A stretch of 54,531 nt of DNA from Spirochaetia bacterium (lineage in GTDB: Bacteria > Spirochaetota > Spirochaetia > SP-2023). The first letter of the stretch is position 1. Every line of letters starts with the position of its first letter. A program made the translations under genes and the position numbers. The stretch spans positions 1 to 54,531 of the forward strand of contig CBDDCK010000003.1 of NCBI GenBank assembly GCA_965225855.1, given 5' to 3'. The notes beneath the pieces are model-generated. The model was not told where the DNA came from, ran no database searches, and saw only the letters and a list, made by a program, of their open reading frames with translations. This document shows positions 1 to 9,299 of the stretch, one piece after another.

Positions 1-1
1 A

Positions 2-577
2 TTGCCACAAGGTAATCTTTGGCAAGATGAAAAGCAAGATAGCAACGGCCAGATATACCGCCTTTGCGAAGTTTGGGCACAAGAATACGCTAAGCTAGAG
101 GATATTCTGTATAGTTTGCATGCCCAAACATCGCCACTAACAGCCAAAGAAATACAGCCTTGGGCACTAGCTACCGGTATCAGTTTGCTAGAAAGCAGGC
201 AATTAGCGCAGCGAATAAAAATCTTAGTAACGTTGATAGGCAGCCAAGCTAGTACACAAGAGGGAATCACAGGTATAGGGAAAATGTTGGGTTATACACT
301 CAAATTAGAGCGCAACAACAATACCAAAGCACAACAAAGAATCAAATTGCATTCGGCAAGTATGGGGTTTAAAGCGTTAAGCAGCGAAATTGCCACAGAA
401 AAAGTAGCTAACTTAGGCCGTGTGCGTTGTGGCAAAAGGCTTTGGCCAAATCAATCGGCCATACATACCACAATAGCCGAAATGCCAAAGCACCAAAATA
501 TAAGAGCAGAAGTAAAACTACTAGAGGACTTGCTGCCAGCGCAGTGGAATATAGATACTCGTTATGAATCGTTATGA
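2..577 (+). CDS. Putative phage baseplate/tail protein (YmfQ/DUF2313, Mu gp48-like); 5'-partial
   Basis: ORF open at the window edge. Pattern P.G.LW...A.EYA.L...P.TA.E...W...G...R...L...G.Q...LGYTL...LE.LLPA resembles DUF2313/YmfQ proteins (recognised by eye). Confidence 0.45.
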   Translation: MPQGNLWQDEKQDSNGQIYRLCEVWAQEYAKLEDILYSLHAQTSPLTAKEIQPWALATGISLLESRQLAQRIKILVTLIGSQASTQEGITGIGKMLGYTLKLERNNNTKAQQRIKLHSASMGFKALSSEIATEKVANLGRVRCGKRLWPNQSAIHTTIAEMPKHQNIRAEVKLLEDLLPAQWNIDTRYESL

Positions 578-586
578 ATCGGTTGA

Positions 587-616
587 TTCAAAAGGGCAAC
601 CAGTTGCCCTTTTGAA
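587..616. terminator. Perfect 14-bp inverted repeat, terminator-like
   Basis: TTCAAAAGGGCAAC-CA-GTTGCCCTTTTGAA, 10 nt after the stop of ORF 2..577. Confidence 0.55.
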
Positions 617-657
617 ATGTTGTACCGGCACAACATTTGGTGGCAAGATAACAACAA

Positions 658-915
658 TTGCAAATTGTGTCAAGTGGTACTTCAAGTAGCTATTGGGTAA
701 AATACCCATTCTGGAAAGTAGAAAAAAATCGAGTTATCACGTCCGATGGCACAAAGTTATCGCGTCCTGCATCAGCTAGGCTAGAATCTTTGGAGCAAAC
801 TAAATTGGTGCGTGAAAACTGCGCTTTACAGGGAAAGGTAGGCGAATTAGAGAAACGCCTGGAGGCTTTAGAGAATTTGGCTGTCAGTTATTTGCAAAAA
901 GATAAGAGGGCTTAG
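658..915 (+). CDS. Small hypothetical protein with C-terminal coiled coil (possible tail-fibre remnant)
   Basis: 85-aa ORF with TTG start and heptad tail LQGKVGELEKRLEALENLA; follows a phage-like gene. Confidence 0.3.
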   Translation: MQIVSSGTSSSYWVKYPFWKVEKNRVITSDGTKLSRPASARLESLEQTKLVRENCALQGKVGELEKRLEALENLAVSYLQKDKRA

Positions 916-934
916 GGGGTTGTGCCGATTTTAG

Positions 935-1298
935 GTTTCCCGTTTATTTTCTTATATAATAAATAAAGCTGGGTTCTGGTTTCAATTGCCTTTGGCTACA
1001 TTATTTGTCAATGTTTTGGGTTGTTGTTTGTTGGGCTTTGGTACGATTTTTATCAGAAATATATAAGCTTTTCGCGCTTTGCTCCAATTTGGTTGCGTAT
1101 TTATTACCGTTATTTTTTATTGGTTTTTGCGGTGGCTTTACCACTTTTTGTTCTTACATAATGGATATATATCAACAATTTTTAGCGTATGCGTTTATGA
1201 AAGCTTGGTTATTATTGGCTTTACATTTAATTTTGAGCCTCGTTTCTGCTGGTTTGGGCATTTGGCTGGCTTGGCGTATTAGCAATCTGCTGGTATAA
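935..1298 (+). pseudogene. crcB: Fluoride channel FluC/CrcB, frameshifted and 5'-truncated
   Basis: Frame 935-1066 encodes QLPLATLFVNVLGCCLLG (TM2 motif) and stops at TAA 1064. A different frame (1005..1298) carries GFCGGFTTFCSY and TM4. TM1 and a start codon are missing (TAG at 932). Confidence 0.7.
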
Positions 1299-1446
1299 AA
1301 TTGATACTTTCTAAAATTTGTGTGGAAAGCACTGGAAATTTGCAGGTAAAACCTTCAATATATAGACCCTGTCAATCATAGTCGTAATTGAAAGTTCATT
1401 GAAGGCTTTGGTTGGTATTGTATAGCTTGCAAGATGGAGAAAAGTA

Positions 1447-2490
1447 ATGGCAATAATTAGTTTACAATTAGCACAAAAACAACGGACTTTGAAGATTTTT
1501 GCGTCTTTATTCTTCGTTCTGCTTTTTTTTATTGGGAGCAAGATGTTTGGCCAAGAAAAATTAGTTTATATCATTTCTCTTTATTCAGAAAACAATCGCG
1601 GTACAAGCCTAAACTTAGATGCCAATAGTAGTTGGTTGCCTGTTGCAACGATTACACATGATTTGTTTAACCGCGTCCCCAGACCTGTTTCGGGAGTTTT
1701 GCGCAAATGGAGGATTCGTGCAGATTATTCTCAATTTAATACTCAAAAGAAAGCAGCCTTGGAGGTTCTGTTTGAACCTAAAGTTGGTAAGCCTTTAGTC
1801 TTTGTTTTACCTTGGAAAGACAGAAGTTTTGTGGCCTTACAAACCGACCGTAGCAATTGGTTTATTCCTTATAATGAAGAAGCAGGTGCATTATTGGATA
1901 GCGAAGCCAAAGTATCCTTTCGGGTTGTTACAGAAGTTGGGAATAAGGCTAGCCTTGATATAGCAGAGGTAGTGTTGGAAGCTTGGGACGTATTGATAAC
2001 CGAAACGCATATTGCAGCAGTGCCAAGTCTACCAAATATTGGCGATTCTTCCGATGATCATTTAGTTGAATTATATAGGCAAGATGCTTTGCAATTTTCT
2101 TTGGATTTTGTCAAGTACGGTTTGAATGGCGAATTACCCAGATATTACTATTCTCAAGCTTCTACCGTTTATGGCTTACAAGATGGAAAAGCATATTCTG
2201 TTTATCGCTGGCCGCCACCACAAAAAGATTACGGTGATGTCTATATCAATTTATTTGTAAAAAATTACCGCTACAAGATTTATGACTACAATGAGATGAA
2301 GGAAATTTATCCAGAGTGGTTTTCTGGTCGTCGTCAATGGATACCAAGTAAAACAAGTTATTTATTTGTTGGAGACCAAGTTCATGTTGGTGGGGTTGAT
2401 TTTGTTAGTGATAATATCCTCAGGTTTGTTGTAGAATATCGCAAAGGCCGTTGGCAGGTAATTGCACGCCCTCTGGAAATGGAATCCTAA
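1447..2490 (+). CDS. Hypothetical exported/membrane-anchored protein
   Basis: 347-aa ORF, GGAG upstream, N-terminal hydrophobic segment IFASLFFVLLFFIGS; no recognised family. Confidence 0.7.
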   Translation: MAIISLQLAQKQRTLKIFASLFFVLLFFIGSKMFGQEKLVYIISLYSENNRGTSLNLDANSSWLPVATITHDLFNRVPRPVSGVLRKWRIRADYSQFNTQKKAALEVLFEPKVGKPLVFVLPWKDRSFVALQTDRSNWFIPYNEEAGALLDSEAKVSFRVVTEVGNKASLDIAEVVLEAWDVLITETHIAAVPSLPNIGDSSDDHLVELYRQDALQFSLDFVKYGLNGELPRYYYSQASTVYGLQDGKAYSVYRWPPPQKDYGDVYINLFVKNYRYKIYDYNEMKEIYPEWFSGRRQWIPSKTSYLFVGDQVHVGGVDFVSDNILRFVVEYRKGRWQVIARPLEMES

Positions 2491-2822
2491 TTAAAGCTTA
2501 GTGAAGAGTTTACTTGCCAAAATACGCTATATCTTCAAACTTCTAAAAAGTAATTTGTTGCTCTTGAAATTATTTTAATTTTAGGCCGTGATCTATTTGG
2601 CGATGGTATTTTTTGTTACTTTACATCACCAAATAGCTATGTTATACTCTGATTCTAATTTTTAGAAACTGATAACTTTCTCGGTTTTTTATTTCATAAA
2701 CTATATTTTGTAGTTGTTTTGAGTATTTTTAAAAGCGGCCGAACGGATTTGAGAAAATGCTTATTCTTAGAAAGAGAGAATTAAGTTATCTGTTACTCTA
2801 AGTATACAAAAGAGTAAAGCTT

Positions 2823-4607
2823 ATGATAGAAATTCAAGGTTTGTCAGCTGTACAAGGTATTGGTATTGGTATTGGTAAGCCTTGTTTTGTTCCTTACCAA
2901 AAACGTTCTATTTCTGAATACAGTATAGATAAAAGCGACATTGCTTCAGAGTTGAAGCGTTTCCATGTTGCTTTAAAGCAAGTAGATGAAGAGCTATCGT
3001 TACTGCAAGATGGCCTTGAGAAACCAAATATAGAAAAAGCTAACCTTATAATGACCCATCGTATAATTTTGAAAGACTCAACATTGCAAAATACCATAGA
3101 AAATTGGTTATGCGAAAAACTTAGTAATATTGAGTCATTGTTGTTTCGTTTTGCTACAAATATCGAACAAACTCTGAAAGGGTTAGATAACTCGATGTTT
3201 GCAGAACGCAGTATTGATATACAAGATGTAACCTACCGAATTATTGATGCTTTGTTGGGTTATAAGCGCGATGATACTCTACGTAATATAAAAGAAGATA
3301 GTATTATTTTTGCTTATGATCTATACCCTTCCGATGTTGTAGTTATTAACTCAAAATATATTAAAGGGCTTGTGATGGAAGCGGGGGGCGTTACTTCTCA
3401 TACAGCTATTTTGGCCCGTTCCTTAGGAATACCGACTGTTTTTGGTATAGTAGACCTACTTTACCATTTTCATGGGGGATACTACCCGGCAAACTGTGTG
3501 GTAATTGTAGATAGTAATAAAGGTAAAGTGATTTTTGATCCAGATAATATTACTTTAGATTTTTATAAGTTGGATATACAGCAGTACAATGCCAACTTTG
3601 AAAATTATGTAAATATTTTACAGCCGCAAATTAAAAAGAATGAACAAAATATATTTTTATATGCGAATATGGGGGCGTTGAATGAATTGGAACACCCGTT
3701 CTTAGCTAAATCTTCTGGTATTGGTTTGTTTCGCAGCGAATTCTTATTTTTGAACAAAATACTCAATGAAGAAAAACAATACAAAGTTTACATAAAAATA
3801 TTGAAATCGGTTGCTCCCCATCAAGAAGTTACGATACGCACTATTGATTTGGGTGGTGATAAAATGCCAGAAATGGGTTTATTAGCCGAGCCAAATCCGC
3901 TATTAGGTTGCCGCGCTATTCGCTTAGCCATGACCTACCCTAATGAATTATTCTTTCCACAAATACGAGCTATATATCGAGCAGCAGCTTATGCGAAGAA
4001 GCATCATTTAGGTAAAATTCGTATGATGCTGCCGATGATTTCTAGCAATATAGAGTTACTCGAAGCAAAAAGGCTAATTATACAAGCTTTAGAACCTTTG
4101 CAAAATGATGGCATTGGTATTTCTGATGTGCCTCTTGGGGTAATGATCGAATTACCTTCTGCTGCTCTTTGTTCTGAAATTATTGCCCAAGACGTAGATT
4201 TCTTTTCGATAGGAACTAATGATTTAGTGCAATATACCTTGGGTATTGATCGAGCGAATGAAAAGTTATCTTATTTGTATGACCCATTGCAGTTTGGAGT
4301 ATTAAAATTGATAAAACAAACGATTACCAGTGCCAATAATGCCGGTATTCCTGTTTCATTGTGTGGCGAGATGGCCAGTGATCGTTGTTCTACTGCGGTG
4401 CTGTTGGGTTTAGGTTTGAGGCATTTTAGTATGAATACTTTTAGTTTGCCAGAAATAGCTTATACAATCGACAACTACAATATTTCAGATTGTGAAGAAT
4501 TAGCGCACCGCTATATTTCGATGGATAATTATCAAAAAGCTCGACAATATTTGCTCGATTGGCATAAAGAACGCAATGTCAAAATTAATATTCGTGAATG
4601 GGAATAG
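2823..4607 (+). CDS. ptsI: PEP-protein phosphotransferase (PTS enzyme I)
   Basis: Motifs GGVTSHTAILARSLGIP (phospho-His), GIGLFRSEF, EPNPLLGCRAIR, DFFSIGTNDLVQY, CGEMA. Confidence 0.96.
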   Translation: MIEIQGLSAVQGIGIGIGKPCFVPYQKRSISEYSIDKSDIASELKRFHVALKQVDEELSLLQDGLEKPNIEKANLIMTHRIILKDSTLQNTIENWLCEKLSNIESLLFRFATNIEQTLKGLDNSMFAERSIDIQDVTYRIIDALLGYKRDDTLRNIKEDSIIFAYDLYPSDVVVINSKYIKGLVMEAGGVTSHTAILARSLGIPTVFGIVDLLYHFHGGYYPANCVVIVDSNKGKVIFDPDNITLDFYKLDIQQYNANFENYVNILQPQIKKNEQNIFLYANMGALNELEHPFLAKSSGIGLFRSEFLFLNKILNEEKQYKVYIKILKSVAPHQEVTIRTIDLGGDKMPEMGLLAEPNPLLGCRAIRLAMTYPNELFFPQIRAIYRAAAYAKKHHLGKIRMMLPMISSNIELLEAKRLIIQALEPLQNDGIGISDVPLGVMIELPSAALCSEIIAQDVDFFSIGTNDLVQYTLGIDRANEKLSYLYDPLQFGVLKLIKQTITSANNAGIPVSLCGEMASDRCSTAVLLGLGLRHFSMNTFSLPEIAYTIDNYNISDCEELAHRYISMDNYQKARQYLLDWHKERNVKINIREWE

Positions 4608-4684
4608 TTTTGTTTGCAAAATCTGCTATATTGGAGGCCAACGAGTTACTATCGTTTGGTCGTCTGGTTGGTTAAACTGCAAAT

Positions 4685-6448
4685 ATGCTAACAATAGGAA
4701 AAATGGAGAATGACACGCGTAATTTCTTTTTGGTGCCAGTCACTTTTACTCTTTTACTATTGGGTTTTGCCCTAGTAGCGTTTTCTTGTGATGACTTATT
4801 CACTGGCGAAAAGCGCAAAAAAGTATCTAATACAGAGGACGACAAAGCACCACAAGGAAAAAATTTCAAAACAAACGCCTGTAACACAAAATGTGAAAAA
4901 ACAATTGTTGCCAAAGCGGGGAAAGCCAATTTCTTGGTTTTAACCAATGTGGGCAAGGCCACGTCTGGCAATATCTCTGTAACACAACAGCAAGATGGAA
5001 TGACAATCCAAAAAGGGCAAGAAATAACCGAAGAACCAAAAAAATCGCTAGAATTTCAAAACTGGATCCTGCCTGATGTGGAATTAGAGAATGAAGATTC
5101 GCTATTTCATGAACATGCTGAATTGCCTGATGTACCGCCCCTCATACCAGCGCAATACGCTCAAAGCCTAAACGGCGATGCCCCTCTGTATATGCTGCAA
5201 AAAGGTTCAGCAGAATTTTCTGTAGGGGGTAGTATTAAATTCAATGTTCAAACAAAACCAAATAGATATAAAGACCTTTTGTTTAATTTGAAAAAGAAAA
5301 TGATCCTAAACCACGATAATGAGACATACATGGTTCATTATTGGGTACATATCGACCCTGAAATATATGGTGATCAAAAATTTAACGATACGAATATAGA
5401 GAATATTGCAGAAAAGTTTTCCGGCAAAGCCCCCAATATTTTAGGTACCTCGATTGATATTTTTGGCAAACCATGGGGCAGCCACAAATATGGTAATTTA
5501 TTTATACCAGGCAAGACACGGAGTATCCACTTGCTGTTTTTTGATATACAAGGAGATAAGAAAAAAACTACGGGAGGTGTAGTTGGGGGCTATTTCAATA
5601 CCAAAGACAACTATCGAAACATTAAGGACAGTAATGAAAAATTGACCTTGAACATTGATATACCCTTTGTAAGCAAAAATCCGCAGGCTATATATCCTAT
5701 CATCATTCATGAATTGCAACACATGATTCATTTTTATCAAAAGACTGTGCGACACAATATGACATATTCAACTCTTTGGCTAAATGAAATGCTTTCGGAA
5801 GCTGCCGTAGATTTAGTAGCACCTAGAATAGGTCTCAAAAATAATGAATTATCCTATCATTATCATCAGCGTATTGGGGGATATTTGATGAAAACATGGA
5901 CTCCTCTAGGCACTTGGAAAAAAGATAATCCTGTTCCTTACCATAATACTGTCAATGCATTTGCTGCGTATTTACTGCGCCACCATGCACCTAGCCGCAA
6001 AAGTGCCGAGCTGGCTAAAAGGATAGTACACAATCAATACACCGATCGCAGAGCCATTACTTCAGAAGTGAATGCCACTTGGGAAGAGCTATTACAAGAT
6101 TGGAGCAAGCAAACACTCTTTTCTTACCAAGCAAACGGACAACTGGCCCAAATCAAACCATGGGAAATAATAAAACGCAATTCTTCGGATTTTGTGAATA
6201 TAAATATCGGGATATCGATGTTTTACCTAAACCCTCCATCTAATGTACATCAAAAAGCTAAAAATCGTAGATTATTTTTGAACCAACAAGGGATATATAC
6301 AGAATACTATTTTAGTAATGTTCCCAATAGAATGGAATTTCCACAGCCGGGTGGCCACTTATTTATATATTTAGGGAAATTCAATCAGGATACAAAAATC
6401 CAATTAAAGCTAACGCGGGGTATTGCTTATGACCTTGTTACCCATTAA
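4685..6448 (+). CDS. Lipoprotein zinc metallopeptidase (M30/hyicolysin-like)
   Basis: Signal peptide with lipobox LVAFS-C; HELQHMIH (HExxH) followed by WLNEMLSE; GGYF motif upstream. Confidence 0.7.
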   Translation: MLTIGKMENDTRNFFLVPVTFTLLLLGFALVAFSCDDLFTGEKRKKVSNTEDDKAPQGKNFKTNACNTKCEKTIVAKAGKANFLVLTNVGKATSGNISVTQQQDGMTIQKGQEITEEPKKSLEFQNWILPDVELENEDSLFHEHAELPDVPPLIPAQYAQSLNGDAPLYMLQKGSAEFSVGGSIKFNVQTKPNRYKDLLFNLKKKMILNHDNETYMVHYWVHIDPEIYGDQKFNDTNIENIAEKFSGKAPNILGTSIDIFGKPWGSHKYGNLFIPGKTRSIHLLFFDIQGDKKKTTGGVVGGYFNTKDNYRNIKDSNEKLTLNIDIPFVSKNPQAIYPIIIHELQHMIHFYQKTVRHNMTYSTLWLNEMLSEAAVDLVAPRIGLKNNELSYHYHQRIGGYLMKTWTPLGTWKKDNPVPYHNTVNAFAAYLLRHHAPSRKSAELAKRIVHNQYTDRRAITSEVNATWEELLQDWSKQTLFSYQANGQLAQIKPWEIIKRNSSDFVNINIGISMFYLNPPSNVHQKAKNRRLFLNQQGIYTEYYFSNVPNRMEFPQPGGHLFIYLGKFNQDTKIQLKLTRGIAYDLVTH

Positions 6449-6457
6449 AATATTGAT

Positions 6458-8314
6458 ATGAAAAGAGCATTACAAAGTTTTTTACTGCCCATATTTCTGG
6501 CTATATTTTTGCCGATAGCACTACCCGTTTATGCCCAAGCGAATTTGGGCGTAGATATTGATGACTCCATATATGAATTGCTCGACTCTGCTTCGATGAA
6601 AGGCTATATCCTTTATTTATCCCATTATCGGCCCTACAGTGCCCAACAAGTTTACCGCTACCTACAAAAAATTAGCGATGCTCCCAAATTGGAACCAGCC
6701 GAGCGCCGAGTAATTGAGCAGCAACTGCAACGTTTTGGCAAAATAGCCTCTGTAGCAGAACCAGATAAACAATTTTCGGATTTTCTCAACGATGGCACGG
6801 TATTGCTTTCACAAGATGAAAACCTGCCCTTGGCCCTGCGCTTGGAGTTTGACTTAAAAAACCGGCTTGATTTTGTTTCAAAATCCCCCCACTTATTTAA
6901 CGTGATGCGTTTATATATGGAAGGCAATATTACCCCGCATTTTTCCTATCAGGCTATGGCTGGCACTGGGCTAATTCTAGTCAAAACTCAATCCTTTGCA
7001 CCCTATGATTATGTCTTGGAAACCGACGGCCAAGCTATTTCTGGAGGCAATATTCAAACGGGGGGCGTTTCTTTTAAAGGCGATCGCCCCTCTTTTGCCT
7101 TGCAGGTTGGGGGCAGATTCAATGCCTCTTTCTTTGATGATAAAGTGCGCAGTGGCTTTGGTTACCTTAAGCGCAATATAGGGGTTGCCAATACCAGCTT
7201 AATTTATTCGGGCAAAGCTAGTCCTATACTCGGCTGGGATTTATCTATACGCCCATTTAAGTGGGCTGCCTTAAATTTTATGGTGGGTGGGCTCAACGGC
7301 ATTGACGATGATATCTCTACTTCCAAGGCCATGTTTACCGCCCAGCAATTTGAATTTTTCCTTACCCGATATTTTTATATTGGCGTTACCATGGGCTCTG
7401 TTTGGATAAAACGGCTAGAACCATATTACATGATGCCATTTATGCCCGTAGCCTTTGGCCAATCTTTGTTGGGGGATTACGACAATCTAGCCATCCAAGG
7501 AACGATGGCACTCAAGCTGCCATATTTTACAATCTACGCCGTTGGTTTTGCGGACGAAGTTCAGCCTTTCGATATAGCCAATTTATTTTCCAGTTTGACG
7601 CAGCAATTTGCATTTCAGTTTGGCGCAAAAGTTTTGCTGCCTAAATTGCCGTTTACCACCTTTCAATTTCAATACACAAAAATTGAACCTTACACTTATA
7701 CCCACTATGCGCAGCGGGCTTTCCAAGGCTCGGCTAAAAGTTATGGCACCATCAATATTTCTTGGTTCAACAACCAAAGCAACTTAGGCTATTATTTACC
7801 GCCCAATTCAGATGAATTTTTATTTCGCATAGAAAGCCAACCTCTGCCGGGTTGGCGTTTTGCCCTGGCCTACAAACACATTCGCCACGGCGATGGCGAT
7901 CGCACCAAAGGCCAAGTCGAAGGTCGAACCAATTCAGTTTATGAAAATACCGTGAATAAAATCCATATTGATACAAAGGATGTGACAGAGGATATGAATA
8001 CCGAAGATTCCGGGAATACCAAAAAAGATAAAATATATACGGGTATTTATTCTGCCCCGTGGTATTTCAGCAAAGATGAAAAGGGCGATGCCAAACGCCC
8101 AAACAAAAATTTTCTCAATGACGGAGTCTATGAATATATCCATGTGGTAACTCTCGATATTGGCTACCGCTTCCGTAAACTGCCGATTGAAGCGATAGCC
8201 CATTTCGTGTTTTCCCACAATGATGGGCCCGTCTACAACGGCGAAAAAGACAATGAAAAAATACGCTTTGCCCTTGGCTTAGACTTACGTTTTTATAGCA
8301 AGGCTAGACGTTAG
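6458..8314 (+). CDS. Outer-membrane beta-barrel protein, Wzi (capsule assembly)-like
   Basis: Signal peptide ending VYA-Q, N-terminal helical RPYS motif, YTKIEPYTYTH and LGYYLPPNSDEF motifs, amphipathic strands, C-terminal LDLRFY. Confidence 0.55.
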   Translation: MKRALQSFLLPIFLAIFLPIALPVYAQANLGVDIDDSIYELLDSASMKGYILYLSHYRPYSAQQVYRYLQKISDAPKLEPAERRVIEQQLQRFGKIASVAEPDKQFSDFLNDGTVLLSQDENLPLALRLEFDLKNRLDFVSKSPHLFNVMRLYMEGNITPHFSYQAMAGTGLILVKTQSFAPYDYVLETDGQAISGGNIQTGGVSFKGDRPSFALQVGGRFNASFFDDKVRSGFGYLKRNIGVANTSLIYSGKASPILGWDLSIRPFKWAALNFMVGGLNGIDDDISTSKAMFTAQQFEFFLTRYFYIGVTMGSVWIKRLEPYYMMPFMPVAFGQSLLGDYDNLAIQGTMALKLPYFTIYAVGFADEVQPFDIANLFSSLTQQFAFQFGAKVLLPKLPFTTFQFQYTKIEPYTYTHYAQRAFQGSAKSYGTINISWFNNQSNLGYYLPPNSDEFLFRIESQPLPGWRFALAYKHIRHGDGDRTKGQVEGRTNSVYENTVNKIHIDTKDVTEDMNTEDSGNTKKDKIYTGIYSAPWYFSKDEKGDAKRPNKNFLNDGVYEYIHVVTLDIGYRFRKLPIEAIAHFVFSHNDGPVYNGEKDNEKIRFALGLDLRFYSKARR

Positions 8315-8388
8315 GTTTATATTTCGCTACTCTGTATTCTGCTGTAGCTTGCAAGCTTACCAATTTTCATATTTAAGGAGAATAGTTT

Positions 8389-9216
8389 ATGATACGGTGG
8401 TTAAACGTAAAACAGCCCAAACCTGAACGATATTTTAAGTCAGACTTTTTGGAACGTTTTACTTTTTTTAAGTTGAGTACCGTTTGGCTACTGTGGTGTC
8501 CCATTGTCTTGCTCACGCTGTTTGGCAGTTTTTATCACAGCGGTAAAGTGGCTGCTGCTGATTCATTGTTTATTCTTAGAACCATTGGAATTTTATCCAT
8601 GTTTGCTGGTGGGGTATTGCGTTGGTCTCTACTGGAATATGTTTTGCATCGTTTTCCCTTTCATTACGATGGAGATAAACCTTTGCTTCGTAAAATATCA
8701 TGGTATATTCATGGTATACATCATAAACAAGCCATGTTGAGCACTCGCTTGGTTGCGCCTCCTGTATTTAGCCTTGGTTTGGGTATGCTTATTGGCTTAC
8801 TAGATTGGCTGGCTTTTGGCTTAGTTTTTAAAATTGGTTGGCTCGGCTTAGCTTTATATTCGGGCACAGCCTTGGGCTACTTGCTCTACGATACGATTCA
8901 TTGGAGCATTCATTTTATTGATGCAGATTGGGCATGGTATCGCAAATTGCGCAGTCACCACATGCGCCACCACAATTCCCCAGAAGAGGGACGTTTTGGC
9001 GTATCCAATACTTTATGGGACCATATATTTAAAACATATCCCAAACAAGCCAAAACCAATAAAACTAAGGCCAATAAAGCCATGCAAGAGACAGAAAACC
9101 AAACACAGAAAGTAGAAAAAAATATGCCAACAGTATCGCAGCCGCCCAACACAGAACCGAACACAAAAGAAGCAGAACCTATCTATCAATCAAGCGATGA
9201 TTCTGCATTAAACTAA
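8389..9216 (+). CDS. Fatty acid hydroxylase/sterol desaturase family protein (FA2H-like)
   Basis: His boxes EYVLHRFPFH, HGIHH, YDTIHWSIH, HHMRHH; FGVSNTLWDHIFKT; AAGGAG RBS. Confidence 0.87.
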   Translation: MIRWLNVKQPKPERYFKSDFLERFTFFKLSTVWLLWCPIVLLTLFGSFYHSGKVAAADSLFILRTIGILSMFAGGVLRWSLLEYVLHRFPFHYDGDKPLLRKISWYIHGIHHKQAMLSTRLVAPPVFSLGLGMLIGLLDWLAFGLVFKIGWLGLALYSGTALGYLLYDTIHWSIHFIDADWAWYRKLRSHHMRHHNSPEEGRFGVSNTLWDHIFKTYPKQAKTNKTKANKAMQETENQTQKVEKNMPTVSQPPNTEPNTKEAEPIYQSSDDSALN

Positions 9217-9299
9217 GCCAAGCAATAAAGCCAACCAGTAAGGCCTAAAATAATTTCGTGTTGTTTACTACCTCTATATTTTAAAGATGCTAAAAAATT

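Noticed and set aside
2593..2636. Fluoride riboswitch, suggested by GGCGATGG in a hairpin before ptsI
   Set aside because: Lacks the pseudoknot partner and downstream conserved motif and is not upstream of crcB; just an imperfect 13-bp IR.
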